Below are positions 37,060-46,404 of a stretch of DNA of 64,000 nucleotides, in pieces; the stretch's first letter is position 1, and every line of letters starts with the position of its first letter. The position numbers and the translations under genes were made by a program. Source of the stretch: Candidatus Levybacteria bacterium CG2_30_37_29. Its GTDB lineage: Bacteria > Patescibacteriota > Microgenomatia > Levybacterales > GWA1-39-11. The stretch is taken from positions 28,395 through 92,394 of the forward strand of contig MNYS01000002.1 of assembly GCA_001873215.1 (NCBI GenBank). Direction: 5' to 3'. The notes below the pieces were generated by a model. The model worked only from the letters and a program-made list of their open reading frames with translations, was not told the DNA's origin and searched no databases.

Positions 37060-37138
37060 TGGTGTCCTAGGTCACTAGCCTCGATGATCGCAGTCATCGG
37101 GATCCCGAATGAAAACTATCATCGGGAACGATGGGGCC
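37060..37138 (-). pseudogene. Duplicated 5' 30 nt of tRNA-Glu interrupted by a 49-bp double-hairpin insert
   Basis: 37060-37078 plus 37128-37138 match 36791-36820 (29/30); insert 37079-37127 has two CCCGATGA/TCATCGGG-type hairpins. Confidence 0.85.
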
Positions 37139-37228
37139 AAGTAGCCCCTTATTTTACTAGAAATAGGTTAAATTCACAAGAAAAATATAGAGTGGAGTTT
37201 ATTTTTTCTTCTATGTATAATAAAAGTT

Positions 37229-38017
37229 ATGAAAAAGACAAACTTGGACAATTTCTTGCTTTCCGTTGTTATCCCCTCATATAACGAAATGGGGAATCTT
37301 CAAAAGGGAACTCTTGATAAAGTAGAGCATTATCTTGAGAAAAATAAGTTTAATTACGAAGTTTTGGTAGTCGATGACGGATCAACCGATGGAAGTCTTG
37401 AATTTGTCAAAAAGTTTTCCCGCGAAAATCCCAAATTTAAAGTCGTAGAAAACAACCATACGGGGAAAGCAGGAGCTGTAACAGCGGGGGTTTTGAAAGC
37501 TGCAGGAGATTATATACTTTTTACGGATATGGATCAGGCAACACCGATTGAGGAAATTGAAAAGATTTTGCCGTTTACAAAGGCCATGCCTGCCGGCAGG
37601 CAGGAATTCGATATTGTTATCGGCTCGCGAAATAACACAAGGCGCGGCGCGCCATTCTCAAGAAAATTAATGGCCAAAGGGATGATTGTTCTACGTTCTC
37701 TTCTCGTCGGTTTTCCGGAAATTAAGGATACGCAGTGCGGATTTAAGCTTTTTACAAAAAAATCCGCCCGAGAAATTTTTGAGAAAATGTTAAATTTGCA
37801 CGGAGGATTTAAGTCTATAAAGAATTCAAGTGTTACGGCAGGATTTGATGTAGAACTTTTGTATATCGGCACACGACTTGGGTATAAAATTAAAGAAGTC
37901 CCGGTAGAGTGGTTATATGTTGAGACAAGAAGAGTGAATCCGATAAAGGATTCGTTGGACGGCTTTTTAGATCTTGTAAGAATCCGTGGAAGAATTTTAA
38001 AAGGACGGTATGGGTAG
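37229..38017 (+). CDS. GT2 polyprenyl-phosphate glycosyltransferase (DPG/DPM-synthase-like) carrying MPAGRQ insertion
   Basis: SVVIP.YNE, VDDGS.D, GKA.AV..G, FTD.D, IGSR, DTQCGFK, FDVE.L. Confidence 0.9.
   Translation: MKKTNLDNFLLSVVIPSYNEMGNLQKGTLDKVEHYLEKNKFNYEVLVVDDGSTDGSLEFVKKFSRENPKFKVVENNHTGKAGAVTAGVLKAAGDYILFTDMDQATPIEEIEKILPFTKAMPAGRQEFDIVIGSRNNTRRGAPFSRKLMAKGMIVLRSLLVGFPEIKDTQCGFKLFTKKSAREIFEKMLNLHGGFKSIKNSSVTAGFDVELLYIGTRLGYKIKEVPVEWLYVETRRVNPIKDSLDGFLDLVRIRGRILKGRYG
37585..37604. repeat. 20-bp palindrome, copy 3 (CATGCCTGCCGGCAGGCAGG, one mismatch; in CDS)
   Basis: 19/20 identical to copies 1 and 2; encodes MPAGRQ. Confidence 0.92.
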
Positions 38018-39179
38018 AAAATTATTGTTGTGGGGTTGGATTATTGGAGCTTTGCTTCTTCTTCTTTATTCTTTTACTCAAATTGATCTGTCTTTGACAT
38101 TTTCGCAAATTTCTATTTGGCAAGTCTTTCAAAAACAATTTCAGTATATCGGCTATTTTAACAGACCCTTATCAACAGTTTTTTATATTTTCTTAATCGT
38201 TATAAGTTCGAGCTTATATGTATTAACACTGCGGGAGGTTATTAAAAATAAATTGAACAGAAAAACGGTTTGGACAATTATATTTGCTGTTGCAGCAATA
38301 CTTTTTTTCTCCTACAACGCTTTTTCTTATGACTTTTTCAATTACATGTTTGATGCAAGAGTTGTAACTCATTACCATCTCAATCCTTATCTTTATAAAG
38401 CTCTCGATTTTCCTGGTGACCCGATGCTTTCTTTTATGAGATCAACTCATAGAGTTTATCCATATGGTCCGTCGTGGCTTTTATTTACTGTTCCTCTTTC
38501 ATTTATCGGAGTCAAACTATTTATTCTTACATTTTACTTGTTTAAACTTCTTGTTGTTGCAAGCACGGTTCTTGCGGCTTTTATGATTGAAAAAATAGCT
38601 CGGATTTTGAAATTAAAAAATCCGTTATTTCCGGTTGTATTTTTTGCACTAAACCCACTTGTTTTATTTGAGGCATTTGTATCGGGGCATAACGATATGG
38701 TAATGGTCTCATTAGTACTTGTTTCTTTTTATCTTTTGTTTAAGCAAAAATATGTTGGATCGATTTTATTTTTACTTCTTTCAATAGGAGTAAAGTTTGC
38801 AACAATTATTTTTATCCCTCTATATTTGCTAATTATTTTTAAAAAAAGTTCAAACACATTTATAGTAAATTCTCTTGCGTTTTTGGCAGCAGTAGGTGTT
38901 GTAATTACGTCTTTGGCTTCGGGACAAAATAAAAATCCCGAATTTCAACCTTGGTATTTACTTCTTTTTCTTCCGTTCGTATCTCTTCTTGAATCAAAAA
39001 AAATTATTTTGTTTGTTACTGTTTTTATTACAATAGCTTCCCTCCTCTCGTATTTTCCGTTTATTGCAGACGGACACTGGCCAAAAAACATAGTTGAGCT
39101 AAAAAATATTATTCTTTTAGTATCTGCTCTTTCCGGTGTAGTTGTTTATTCGCTTTCAAAAAAACTCTCTGATGTGTAA
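38010..39179 (+). CDS. GT-C membrane glycosyltransferase (MptA/GT87-like)
   Basis: S.D...Y, NPY, YPYGP.W, LNPL..E...GHND, K. Confidence 0.75.
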   Translation: MGRKLLLWGWIIGALLLLLYSFTQIDLSLTFSQISIWQVFQKQFQYIGYFNRPLSTVFYIFLIVISSSLYVLTLREVIKNKLNRKTVWTIIFAVAAILFFSYNAFSYDFFNYMFDARVVTHYHLNPYLYKALDFPGDPMLSFMRSTHRVYPYGPSWLLFTVPLSFIGVKLFILTFYLFKLLVVASTVLAAFMIEKIARILKLKNPLFPVVFFALNPLVLFEAFVSGHNDMVMVSLVLVSFYLLFKQKYVGSILFLLLSIGVKFATIIFIPLYLLIIFKKSSNTFIVNSLAFLAAVGVVITSLASGQNKNPEFQPWYLLLFLPFVSLLESKKIILFVTVFITIASLLSYFPFIADGHWPKNIVELKNIILLVSALSGVVVYSLSKKLSDV

Positions 39180-39224
39180 TTTACATTTGCCCAGCTAACC
39201 TTATTTTATGTATAATCATTACAT

Positions 39225-40742
39225 ATGAAATTTGTTTGGCATTGGTATCGCCATATCGGCGTCATTGCCTCCGCAATTGCGCTATTTTTCCTAACACGCC
39301 TTTACAATATTACCTCACTTCCAATTTTTACCGACGAAGCAATATATGTGAGATGGTCGCAAATTGCAAAACAGGATGCTTCTTGGCGTTTTATATCGCT
39401 TACTGACGGAAAACAACCTCTTTTTATTTGGATTTCAGCAATAAGTATGAAATTTATAAGCGATCCACTCCTTGCGGCAAGATGCGTTTCGGTTGGAGCG
39501 GGATTTGTAAGTTTAGTCGGCCTTTTTTTCTTGGGATACGAAGTTTTTAGAAGTAAAAAGGTAGGATTTTTGGCTAGCGCGCTGTATGTTTTGTTTCCAT
39601 TTGCGCTCGTCTATGACAAAATGGCCCTTTATGATTCGCTTCTTGGGGCACTAGCCGTATGGGCTTTGTATTTTGAAATCCATCTTATTAAGAGAAAAAG
39701 ACTTGATATAGCGTTAATATTGGGAATGGTTTTGGGTACGGGTTTACTCACAAAATCATCCGCCTTTTTCTTTATTTACCTGTTGCCTCTATCTTTTTTG
39801 CTTTTTGACTTTAAGTCGCACAAGAAAGTAGGGCAGGCTATAAAATTTGTTCTTCTTGCTACTGTTTCAATTGTTCTTGCGTACGCAATGTATGGAATAC
39901 TTAGACTTTCTCCGTTCTTTCATATTGTCGATGAAAAAAACACAATTTTTGTCTATCCTTTTTCGGAGTGGTTATCCCACCCTTTCACTTTTTTCATAGG
40001 AAATGTTCGAGGTCTTTTTGATTGGCTTTTAACTTATATTACATATCCTATTGCGGGACTTTGTCTTTTGTCATTTTTCTTAGGAAAGAGGATATATCTT
40101 CGGGAAAAGATATTATTATTTTCTTGGTTTTTGGTACCGTTTTTGGCTCTTGCCCTATTTGGGAGAGTTATTTATCCAAGATTTATATTCTTTATGACCC
40201 TGCCTCTTCTTGTTCTTGCGGCATATTCTTTATATGTTCTTCTGGAAAAAATAAAAATACAGAGTGGAAAAATAGTGCTGATTTTGCTTTTCGTATTTAT
40301 TATGATAAGAACAGACTACTTTATTTTAACTGATTTTTCCCGCGCCCCAATCCCATTTTCTGATTTAAGTCAGTATATAAACGAATGGCCTGCAGGAGGA
40401 GGAGTTGCCGAAGCCGTACAATTTTTCAAAGAACAATCTGTGACCGGGAAGGTAACTGTTTTTACGCAAGGAACCTTTGGTCTTATGCCTTACGCTTTTG
40501 AGATATATTTAAAAGATAATCCAAATATCCAAGTGAAAGGTTTTTGGCCGGTTACCGATATAATGCCAAAAGAATTTAGTATGCAGGCAAAATCAACAAA
40601 AGTATATTTGGTTTTTTATCAGCCTTGTGTACCTTGTAGGGCTAATGGAGAGATTCCAATTTCCTGGACGGCAAAAAAAATTCTAAGCTACAAAAAAGGG
40701 GCAGGGAATGCATATTTAAATATTTATGAAGTTATTCCATAA
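39225..40742 (+). CDS. GT-C glycosyltransferase (ArnT/PMT-like)
   Basis: R....PIF.DEAIY, K.PL, R..S, LLTK, YPRF. Confidence 0.8.
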   Translation: MKFVWHWYRHIGVIASAIALFFLTRLYNITSLPIFTDEAIYVRWSQIAKQDASWRFISLTDGKQPLFIWISAISMKFISDPLLAARCVSVGAGFVSLVGLFFLGYEVFRSKKVGFLASALYVLFPFALVYDKMALYDSLLGALAVWALYFEIHLIKRKRLDIALILGMVLGTGLLTKSSAFFFIYLLPLSFLLFDFKSHKKVGQAIKFVLLATVSIVLAYAMYGILRLSPFFHIVDEKNTIFVYPFSEWLSHPFTFFIGNVRGLFDWLLTYITYPIAGLCLLSFFLGKRIYLREKILLFSWFLVPFLALALFGRVIYPRFIFFMTLPLLVLAAYSLYVLLEKIKIQSGKIVLILLFVFIMIRTDYFILTDFSRAPIPFSDLSQYINEWPAGGGVAEAVQFFKEQSVTGKVTVFTQGTFGLMPYAFEIYLKDNPNIQVKGFWPVTDIMPKEFSMQAKSTKVYLVFYQPCVPCRANGEIPISWTAKKILSYKKGAGNAYLNIYEVIP

Positions 40743-42375
40743 TCTTTTAAGAGTTGGGACATATAGATATTATGTTCTGGTATTTCTTGTTTCTTCTCTT
40801 CCTCTTACCGCTTTTTTTATAACAACAAATCTTGTACATACAAGCGATGGACTAGTGCATGTTCCTCGGATAGCCGCGTTCTATAAAGCGCTTGTTGATG
40901 GTCAATTTCCTGTGCGTTGGGCCGGTGATTTAAATTTTGGATACGGTATGCCGCTTTTCAATTTCATGTATCAATTGCCATATTTGGTTTCATCCTTTTT
41001 TATTGTTGTAGGTTTTGATTTAGTTTCATCTTTCAAGCTTTCTATGGCAACAAGTTTTTTACTATCGGGATTTTTTATATTTTTATTCGCAAGAGAATTT
41101 TTTAAAGATGAAAAAAAAGCGTTACTTATAACTCTCCTATATCAATTTGCCCCTTTTCATTTGGTAGAGCTATTGGTGCGAGGAAGTTTTGGGGAGTTGT
41201 ATACCTATACCTTTTTGCCACTAGTTTTATTTGGTTTAACAAAGATTATAAATAAACCAACAGTAAAATCTTTTGTTCTTACCTCCGTTGCGACTTTTTT
41301 TCTTATAATTTCACATAATGCAATAAGTTTAGTTTTTTTTGGAGTATGTTTGTTTTACATCCTCTTTTTTGCTCCGCGCAAAAAATGGCTGGTAAGTTTT
41401 GCATCGTTATTTTTCGGATTGGGTCTTTCTGCATATTATTTTATTCCGGCTATATTTGAACATAAATATACTTATGGAGATTTATATATGAAGGATTTAT
41501 ATAAAAGTCATTTTGTTCCTCTCTATTATTTTTTTGTCCCTAATATTTTAAAAAGTCAGGAATTTCGGATAGGAGCAGTGTCTGTCCAGTTTGGGCTATT
41601 CCATGTATTAGCAATTATTGCCGGATTTTTTGCATACACGAGAAGAAAAAGAGAATCAGGACGTATAATTCTTTTTTGTCTTATACTTGTTGGCGTTTCA
41701 TTATTTTTTATGCAGCCTATATCTAAGATCTTGTGGGAAAGACTTACGCTTCTTCGTCAATTCCAGTTTCCGTGGAGGTTTATTTCAGTCGTAGTTTTTG
41801 CAACTTCTTTTTTAGGAGTAACATTTTTTGAATTCAAAAAATTTTCAAAACATTTGGTTTTCGTTAGCGTTTGTATATTTATTGTTTTATCGACTGTTTT
41901 TTACTGGGTTCCTCAAGAAGGATTCGACAAAATAAATGAGAATTACTATCGAAATTTCCCTCTTACTACAACTTACTATGGTGAAACAGATGTAATATGG
42001 ACTGCAGGAGAGTTTCATTCTTACCCGAAAAAACCGGTAGAGACAATAGAAGGAAATGCAATAGTTTCAAATTACAAAAAGAAATCAAACGTTCACACCT
42101 ACATTGTTGTTTCTCAGAAACCGAGCAAAATTGTTGACCATACGGAATATTTTCCGGGTTGGAAAGTATATGTAAATGGAAAACAAACCTCGATAGAATT
42201 TCAGGATCAAAACTATCGTGGAGAGATAACGTTTGCTGTTCCTGCGGGAAGTAATGATGTAAAGGTTGTATTCGGTGAAAGTCCAATTCGTGCTGTGTCT
42301 GATGGGATAAGCATTCTTTCTTTTGCAGGAATTATTGGATATGTTGGATTTCGTAAAGTCAGGAAAAAAAGATGA
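40726..42375 (+). CDS. GT-C membrane protein ('PTPS-related'/YfhO-like), paralog A1
   Basis: DG..H..R, G.FP.RW....FGYG.P.F.F, RG..GE, SHN, QFPWRF, YFPGW. Confidence 0.8.
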   Translation: MKLFHNLLRVGTYRYYVLVFLVSSLPLTAFFITTNLVHTSDGLVHVPRIAAFYKALVDGQFPVRWAGDLNFGYGMPLFNFMYQLPYLVSSFFIVVGFDLVSSFKLSMATSFLLSGFFIFLFAREFFKDEKKALLITLLYQFAPFHLVELLVRGSFGELYTYTFLPLVLFGLTKIINKPTVKSFVLTSVATFFLIISHNAISLVFFGVCLFYILFFAPRKKWLVSFASLFFGLGLSAYYFIPAIFEHKYTYGDLYMKDLYKSHFVPLYYFFVPNILKSQEFRIGAVSVQFGLFHVLAIIAGFFAYTRRKRESGRIILFCLILVGVSLFFMQPISKILWERLTLLRQFQFPWRFISVVVFATSFLGVTFFEFKKFSKHLVFVSVCIFIVLSTVFYWVPQEGFDKINENYYRNFPLTTTYYGETDVIWTAGEFHSYPKKPVETIEGNAIVSNYKKKSNVHTYIVVSQKPSKIVDHTEYFPGWKVYVNGKQTSIEFQDQNYRGEITFAVPAGSNDVKVVFGESPIRAVSDGISILSFAGIIGYVGFRKVRKKR

Positions 42376-44726
42376 AAAAAAATATATTAATTTTATTATT
42401 TTTTCTTGGAGTTACAGCGATATTTTTTTATAAAACATTTTTGTTTGGGAAAATTCCTTTTCCAGGAGACCTTCTTCTTGCAGAATACAATCCTTGGAAA
42501 AGTTATTCCTTTGAAGGATATGTTCCCGGAAGTATTCCAAATAAAGCACAATATTTTGACACCATTCGACAGATTTATCCTTGGAAAACATTTGCAATTG
42601 ACACATTAAAGCACGGAAATTTTCCTCTATGGAATCCGTATAATTTTGCAGGTGCTCCGCTTTTTGCAAATTCGCAGTCGGCCGTACTCTATCCTTTAAA
42701 TATTTTTTATCTTTTTCTTCCTCAAGTTTCAGTTTGGGCGTTACAAGTTGCTTTCCAGCCGCTTTTGGCTTTGGTATTTACATTTATTTACGCAAGAGTG
42801 ATTGGATTGTCAAAAAAAGGGGCGGTTTTTTCATCTGTTGCATATTCTTTTTCGCTTTTTATGAGCGTATTTTTGGAATACAATACTGTTGGTCACGTAA
42901 TTTTGTTTCTCCCTCTGGTGCTTTTTTCAGTTGAGAAAATAATTACAAAAACAAGATGGGTTTGGGTAGCACTTCTTATTGCCTCTATTGCAGGTGCATT
43001 TACGGCAGGACACATACAAATATTCGGCTTTCTTTATATTTTTTCTTTGATATATGCGGTAACAAGAATTGTTTTTGCAAAAAGTAAAAAATTAACCGTA
43101 ATTACTATAATTGTATGTTTTCTTCTGCCGCTTGGTATTGTTGCGCTTGAACTTTTTCCGCTTATGGAGCTTATTAAAAATTCTGCGCGCGCAAGCCAAG
43201 ACTATAATTTTTTGCTGCGAGTGCTATTAATCCAGCCGTACCAAATGATACTTTTTATAGCACCTGATATTTTTGGAAACCCTGCTACAAGAAACTACAT
43301 GATTGGTTTTGATGCTTACCCCGGTAACTCAATTTATATTGGTATCTTGCCGTTTTTATTTTCTTTTCTTTCATTTAAACACTTCAAAATAAATTTTTAT
43401 GTTAAGTTTTTTTCAATTACAATTGTTGTTCTTTTGTTGCTTTTTGTACATACACCGTTAACAGAGTTACTTTACCGCTTTAATATTCCACTTTTTTCAA
43501 CAGGCTCGCCGACAAACGCAATTTTTCTTTTGTCTTTTAGCTTATCAATTCTTGCAGGAATAGGAATAGACTTGTGGTTATTAAAAAAGGAAATGTCCAA
43601 ACAAATAGTTGTAAGTTTTGGCATCCTTTTTATCTTTTTGTGGGGATTTTTTATTCTCGGCCGTCCATCAATAGTTTTGATAAAAAACTTTATTTTGCCT
43701 ACCATGCTTTTTTGCGTACTATTTTTTGCAGTTATTATTGGAAACAAAAAACACAGTTTTAAAAAGATAGTCTTTTTTGTTCTTCTGGCATTAACTATAT
43801 TGGATTCTTTCTACTATTTTCAAAAATTTAATCCTTTTGTCCCGCGTGGTTTTGTTTTTCCTGATACTAAAATTATTTCATTTCTTCAAAAAAATACAGG
43901 GATTAACAGAATTTGGGGATATGGGAATGCTCAAATAGAATCAAATTTCCATACGCAATATTCTATTTTTTCTGCCGAAGGGTATGATCCGCTTTACCCA
44001 AAAAACTATGGAAGTTTTATTCAATCTACAAAAAACGGAAAAATAGGCAGCGAATTTAACAACGAAACTCGCTCTGATGCAGTGATTGCTCCCGGTTCAG
44101 GAGAAGTGGATTTGCCAAACAATATAAACCGTCTAAAAGTATTAGATTTACTTGGTGTAAAATACATTTTGGATAAAAAGGAAAACGGAACAACGGAAAA
44201 AACCTTTCCAGACTCGCGGTACAAAAAAATATTTGATGCAGATGGGTGGGTAATATTTGAAAATAAAAATAGCCTTCCAAGATTTTATTTGGCGGATAAT
44301 TTTGCGGTTTATAATAACAATAAAGAATTTGAGAATATATTTTTTTCAAATACTTTTGACCCGAACAACACAGTTCTTTTAAATGAAAAGATAAACGGGT
44401 TTAGCAACGCGCCGGGTGAAAGAGGAACAGCGATTCTTTTATCATATGCACCATCCAAAATATCAATTCGAACAGAATCAAAAACTAATAAGATTCTGTT
44501 TTTATCAGATACTTATTATCCGGGATGGGAGGCATATGTTGATAATGTAAAGACCGAAATTTTAAGAGCAAATTATGCATTTCGCGGAGTTGTAGTTCCA
44601 AAAGGCAGCCATGCGATAACATTTTTGTACCAGCCTAAATCCTTTTCAAATGGGGTTATAGTATCTATAATAAGTAGCGTAGTAGCTTTTATTTTTATAC
44701 TTAAGATAAAAAGATATGAAACTTAA
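42372..44726 (+). CDS. YfhO-family GT-C membrane protein, paralog B1
   Basis: PLWNPY.F.G.P..AN.QS, AGH.Q, PD.FGNP, GYDPLY, YYPGW.A.VD, A.YAFR.V.VP.G.H. Confidence 0.85.
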   Translation: MKKNILILLFFLGVTAIFFYKTFLFGKIPFPGDLLLAEYNPWKSYSFEGYVPGSIPNKAQYFDTIRQIYPWKTFAIDTLKHGNFPLWNPYNFAGAPLFANSQSAVLYPLNIFYLFLPQVSVWALQVAFQPLLALVFTFIYARVIGLSKKGAVFSSVAYSFSLFMSVFLEYNTVGHVILFLPLVLFSVEKIITKTRWVWVALLIASIAGAFTAGHIQIFGFLYIFSLIYAVTRIVFAKSKKLTVITIIVCFLLPLGIVALELFPLMELIKNSARASQDYNFLLRVLLIQPYQMILFIAPDIFGNPATRNYMIGFDAYPGNSIYIGILPFLFSFLSFKHFKINFYVKFFSITIVVLLLLFVHTPLTELLYRFNIPLFSTGSPTNAIFLLSFSLSILAGIGIDLWLLKKEMSKQIVVSFGILFIFLWGFFILGRPSIVLIKNFILPTMLFCVLFFAVIIGNKKHSFKKIVFFVLLALTILDSFYYFQKFNPFVPRGFVFPDTKIISFLQKNTGINRIWGYGNAQIESNFHTQYSIFSAEGYDPLYPKNYGSFIQSTKNGKIGSEFNNETRSDAVIAPGSGEVDLPNNINRLKVLDLLGVKYILDKKENGTTEKTFPDSRYKKIFDADGWVIFENKNSLPRFYLADNFAVYNNNKEFENIFFSNTFDPNNTVLLNEKINGFSNAPGERGTAILLSYAPSKISIRTESKTNKILFLSDTYYPGWEAYVDNVKTEILRANYAFRGVVVPKGSHAITFLYQPKSFSNGVIVSIISSVVAFIFILKIKRYET

Positions 44727-46404
44727 CATTAAATTACTTATTTTATTGGGAATTTTTGTTATTGCATTTATCCTTAGGTTTTATAAACTTGGAGACGTTC
44801 CTAACGGTCTATACCAGGACGAAACATCAATCGGATACAATGCATATTCGATTATGACAACAGGAAAGGATGAATATGGAAAAATTTTTCCGTTGTATTT
44901 TAAATCATTCGGAGACTACAAGCTTCCAATTTATATTTACTCGGCAATTATCCCTATTAAATTATTTGGATTAAATGCGTTCGCAGTACGATTTCCTTCG
45001 GCGTTTTTTGGTTTTTTAACTGTTGTAATGTTTTATTTTTTTATAAAGGAAATTACCGATAAAAAAAACCTTGCACTTGTCGCAACATTTTTACTTACGA
45101 TTAACCCATGGCATCTTCATTATAGTAGAGCAACTTTTGAAGTTAGTATTTCTCTTTTCCTATTTATTGTAGGAACTTACCTTCTTTCCCGAGCTTTTAA
45201 AAAAGGGAAGAGCATTGAATTTTTTGTTGGAACATGCCTTTTTATATTATGTATTTATACATATAACCTGACACGGCTTCTTTCGCCTATTTTATATTTT
45301 AGCGTAATTCTTATTTATAAAAATGAACTTAAGAAAATTAGCAAGGGAACGTTTATTATTAGTACAATTTTCTCAATTTTTTTATTAACCCCTTTTATAA
45401 TTAGTTTTATCTCTGGAGGGGGTATATCTTCAGCCTTGGGAACTCTTATTTTTTCAAGCGCCGCAGTAAAAGCTCCTCTTCTGGAATTAAGAAGTTATTT
45501 TATTAACATACCACCTATTATTTCAAAACTGTTTTTCAGTATTAATGCTATGATATTACTGCAGTATTTGCAAAATATAGCGTCGTATTTTTCGATAAAC
45601 TTTTTCTTTATCGCTGGATCACTCCACGGAAATCATGGAATAGGAAATGTGGGACAGTTTTACCTTTTTGAGTTGCCACTATTTATATATGGTTTAATCC
45701 TTTCTTTAAAACATAATTCGTGGGGTAAAATATTTGTATTATGGGGAATTATAACAATTCTTGTTGCGGGGGCGACAAGAGAGGTTCCACATGCTACCAG
45801 AAGCTTTTTTCTTGTTGTTCCTATAATAGTTTGTATTGCTTTAGGAGTACTAGCTGTTTGGAAAAAGATAATAAGCATTAAAATTTCCTCGCTCAGAATT
45901 GGGATTTTGGCTATTTGTTTGGCTTTCGCATTCTATAATATCATTTATTATTTTGCGTCCTATTACATTCGCTTCCCAATTGCATATGCAAAAGCTTGGA
46001 GAACAACAGATAAAGAATTATCGCTTTTTCTTGCACAAAATGAAATCCGTTATGACAAAATTATTTTTGATAAGGATGCAGGATTTATCTATTCATCAAT
46101 GCTTTTCTACTCAAAATATCCACCTTTAGATTTTCAGAAGACTTCTATGCGAGAGGCTGATACTTCTGAGGGGTTTTCTAATATAAAATCGTTTGGAAAA
46201 TATGAATTTAGAACAATAAATTGGGATAAAGATATAAAAATACCAAACGCACTAATTATTACGGATTTTCTAAAAAAACCTAAAGATCTATCAGCTTTGA
46301 CTATATTTTATTATCCATTGCGTCCTATTGTTTTAGCAGTTGAGCAGAAAATTATCTCATATCCTTTCAGGGAGCCTTCTTATGTCGTTTACGAAACACA
46401 TTAA
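44716..46404 (+). CDS. GT-C glycosyltransferase (ArnT/PMT-like)
   Basis: LRFY.L...P.G...DE.S.GYNAYS...TGKDE.G, GDYK.P, R.PSA, PWH...SR..FE. Confidence 0.82.
   Translation: MKLNIKLLILLGIFVIAFILRFYKLGDVPNGLYQDETSIGYNAYSIMTTGKDEYGKIFPLYFKSFGDYKLPIYIYSAIIPIKLFGLNAFAVRFPSAFFGFLTVVMFYFFIKEITDKKNLALVATFLLTINPWHLHYSRATFEVSISLFLFIVGTYLLSRAFKKGKSIEFFVGTCLFILCIYTYNLTRLLSPILYFSVILIYKNELKKISKGTFIISTIFSIFLLTPFIISFISGGGISSALGTLIFSSAAVKAPLLELRSYFINIPPIISKLFFSINAMILLQYLQNIASYFSINFFFIAGSLHGNHGIGNVGQFYLFELPLFIYGLILSLKHNSWGKIFVLWGIITILVAGATREVPHATRSFFLVVPIIVCIALGVLAVWKKIISIKISSLRIGILAICLAFAFYNIIYYFASYYIRFPIAYAKAWRTTDKELSLFLAQNEIRYDKIIFDKDAGFIYSSMLFYSKYPPLDFQKTSMREADTSEGFSNIKSFGKYEFRTINWDKDIKIPNALIITDFLKKPKDLSALTIFYYPLRPIVLAVEQKIISYPFREPSYVVYETH

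Noticed and set aside
36746-37138. Group I intron-split tRNA encoding a homing endonuclease
   Set aside because: The downstream tRNA is complete on its own and there is no room for a ribozyme core; the pattern is a 5'-end duplication.
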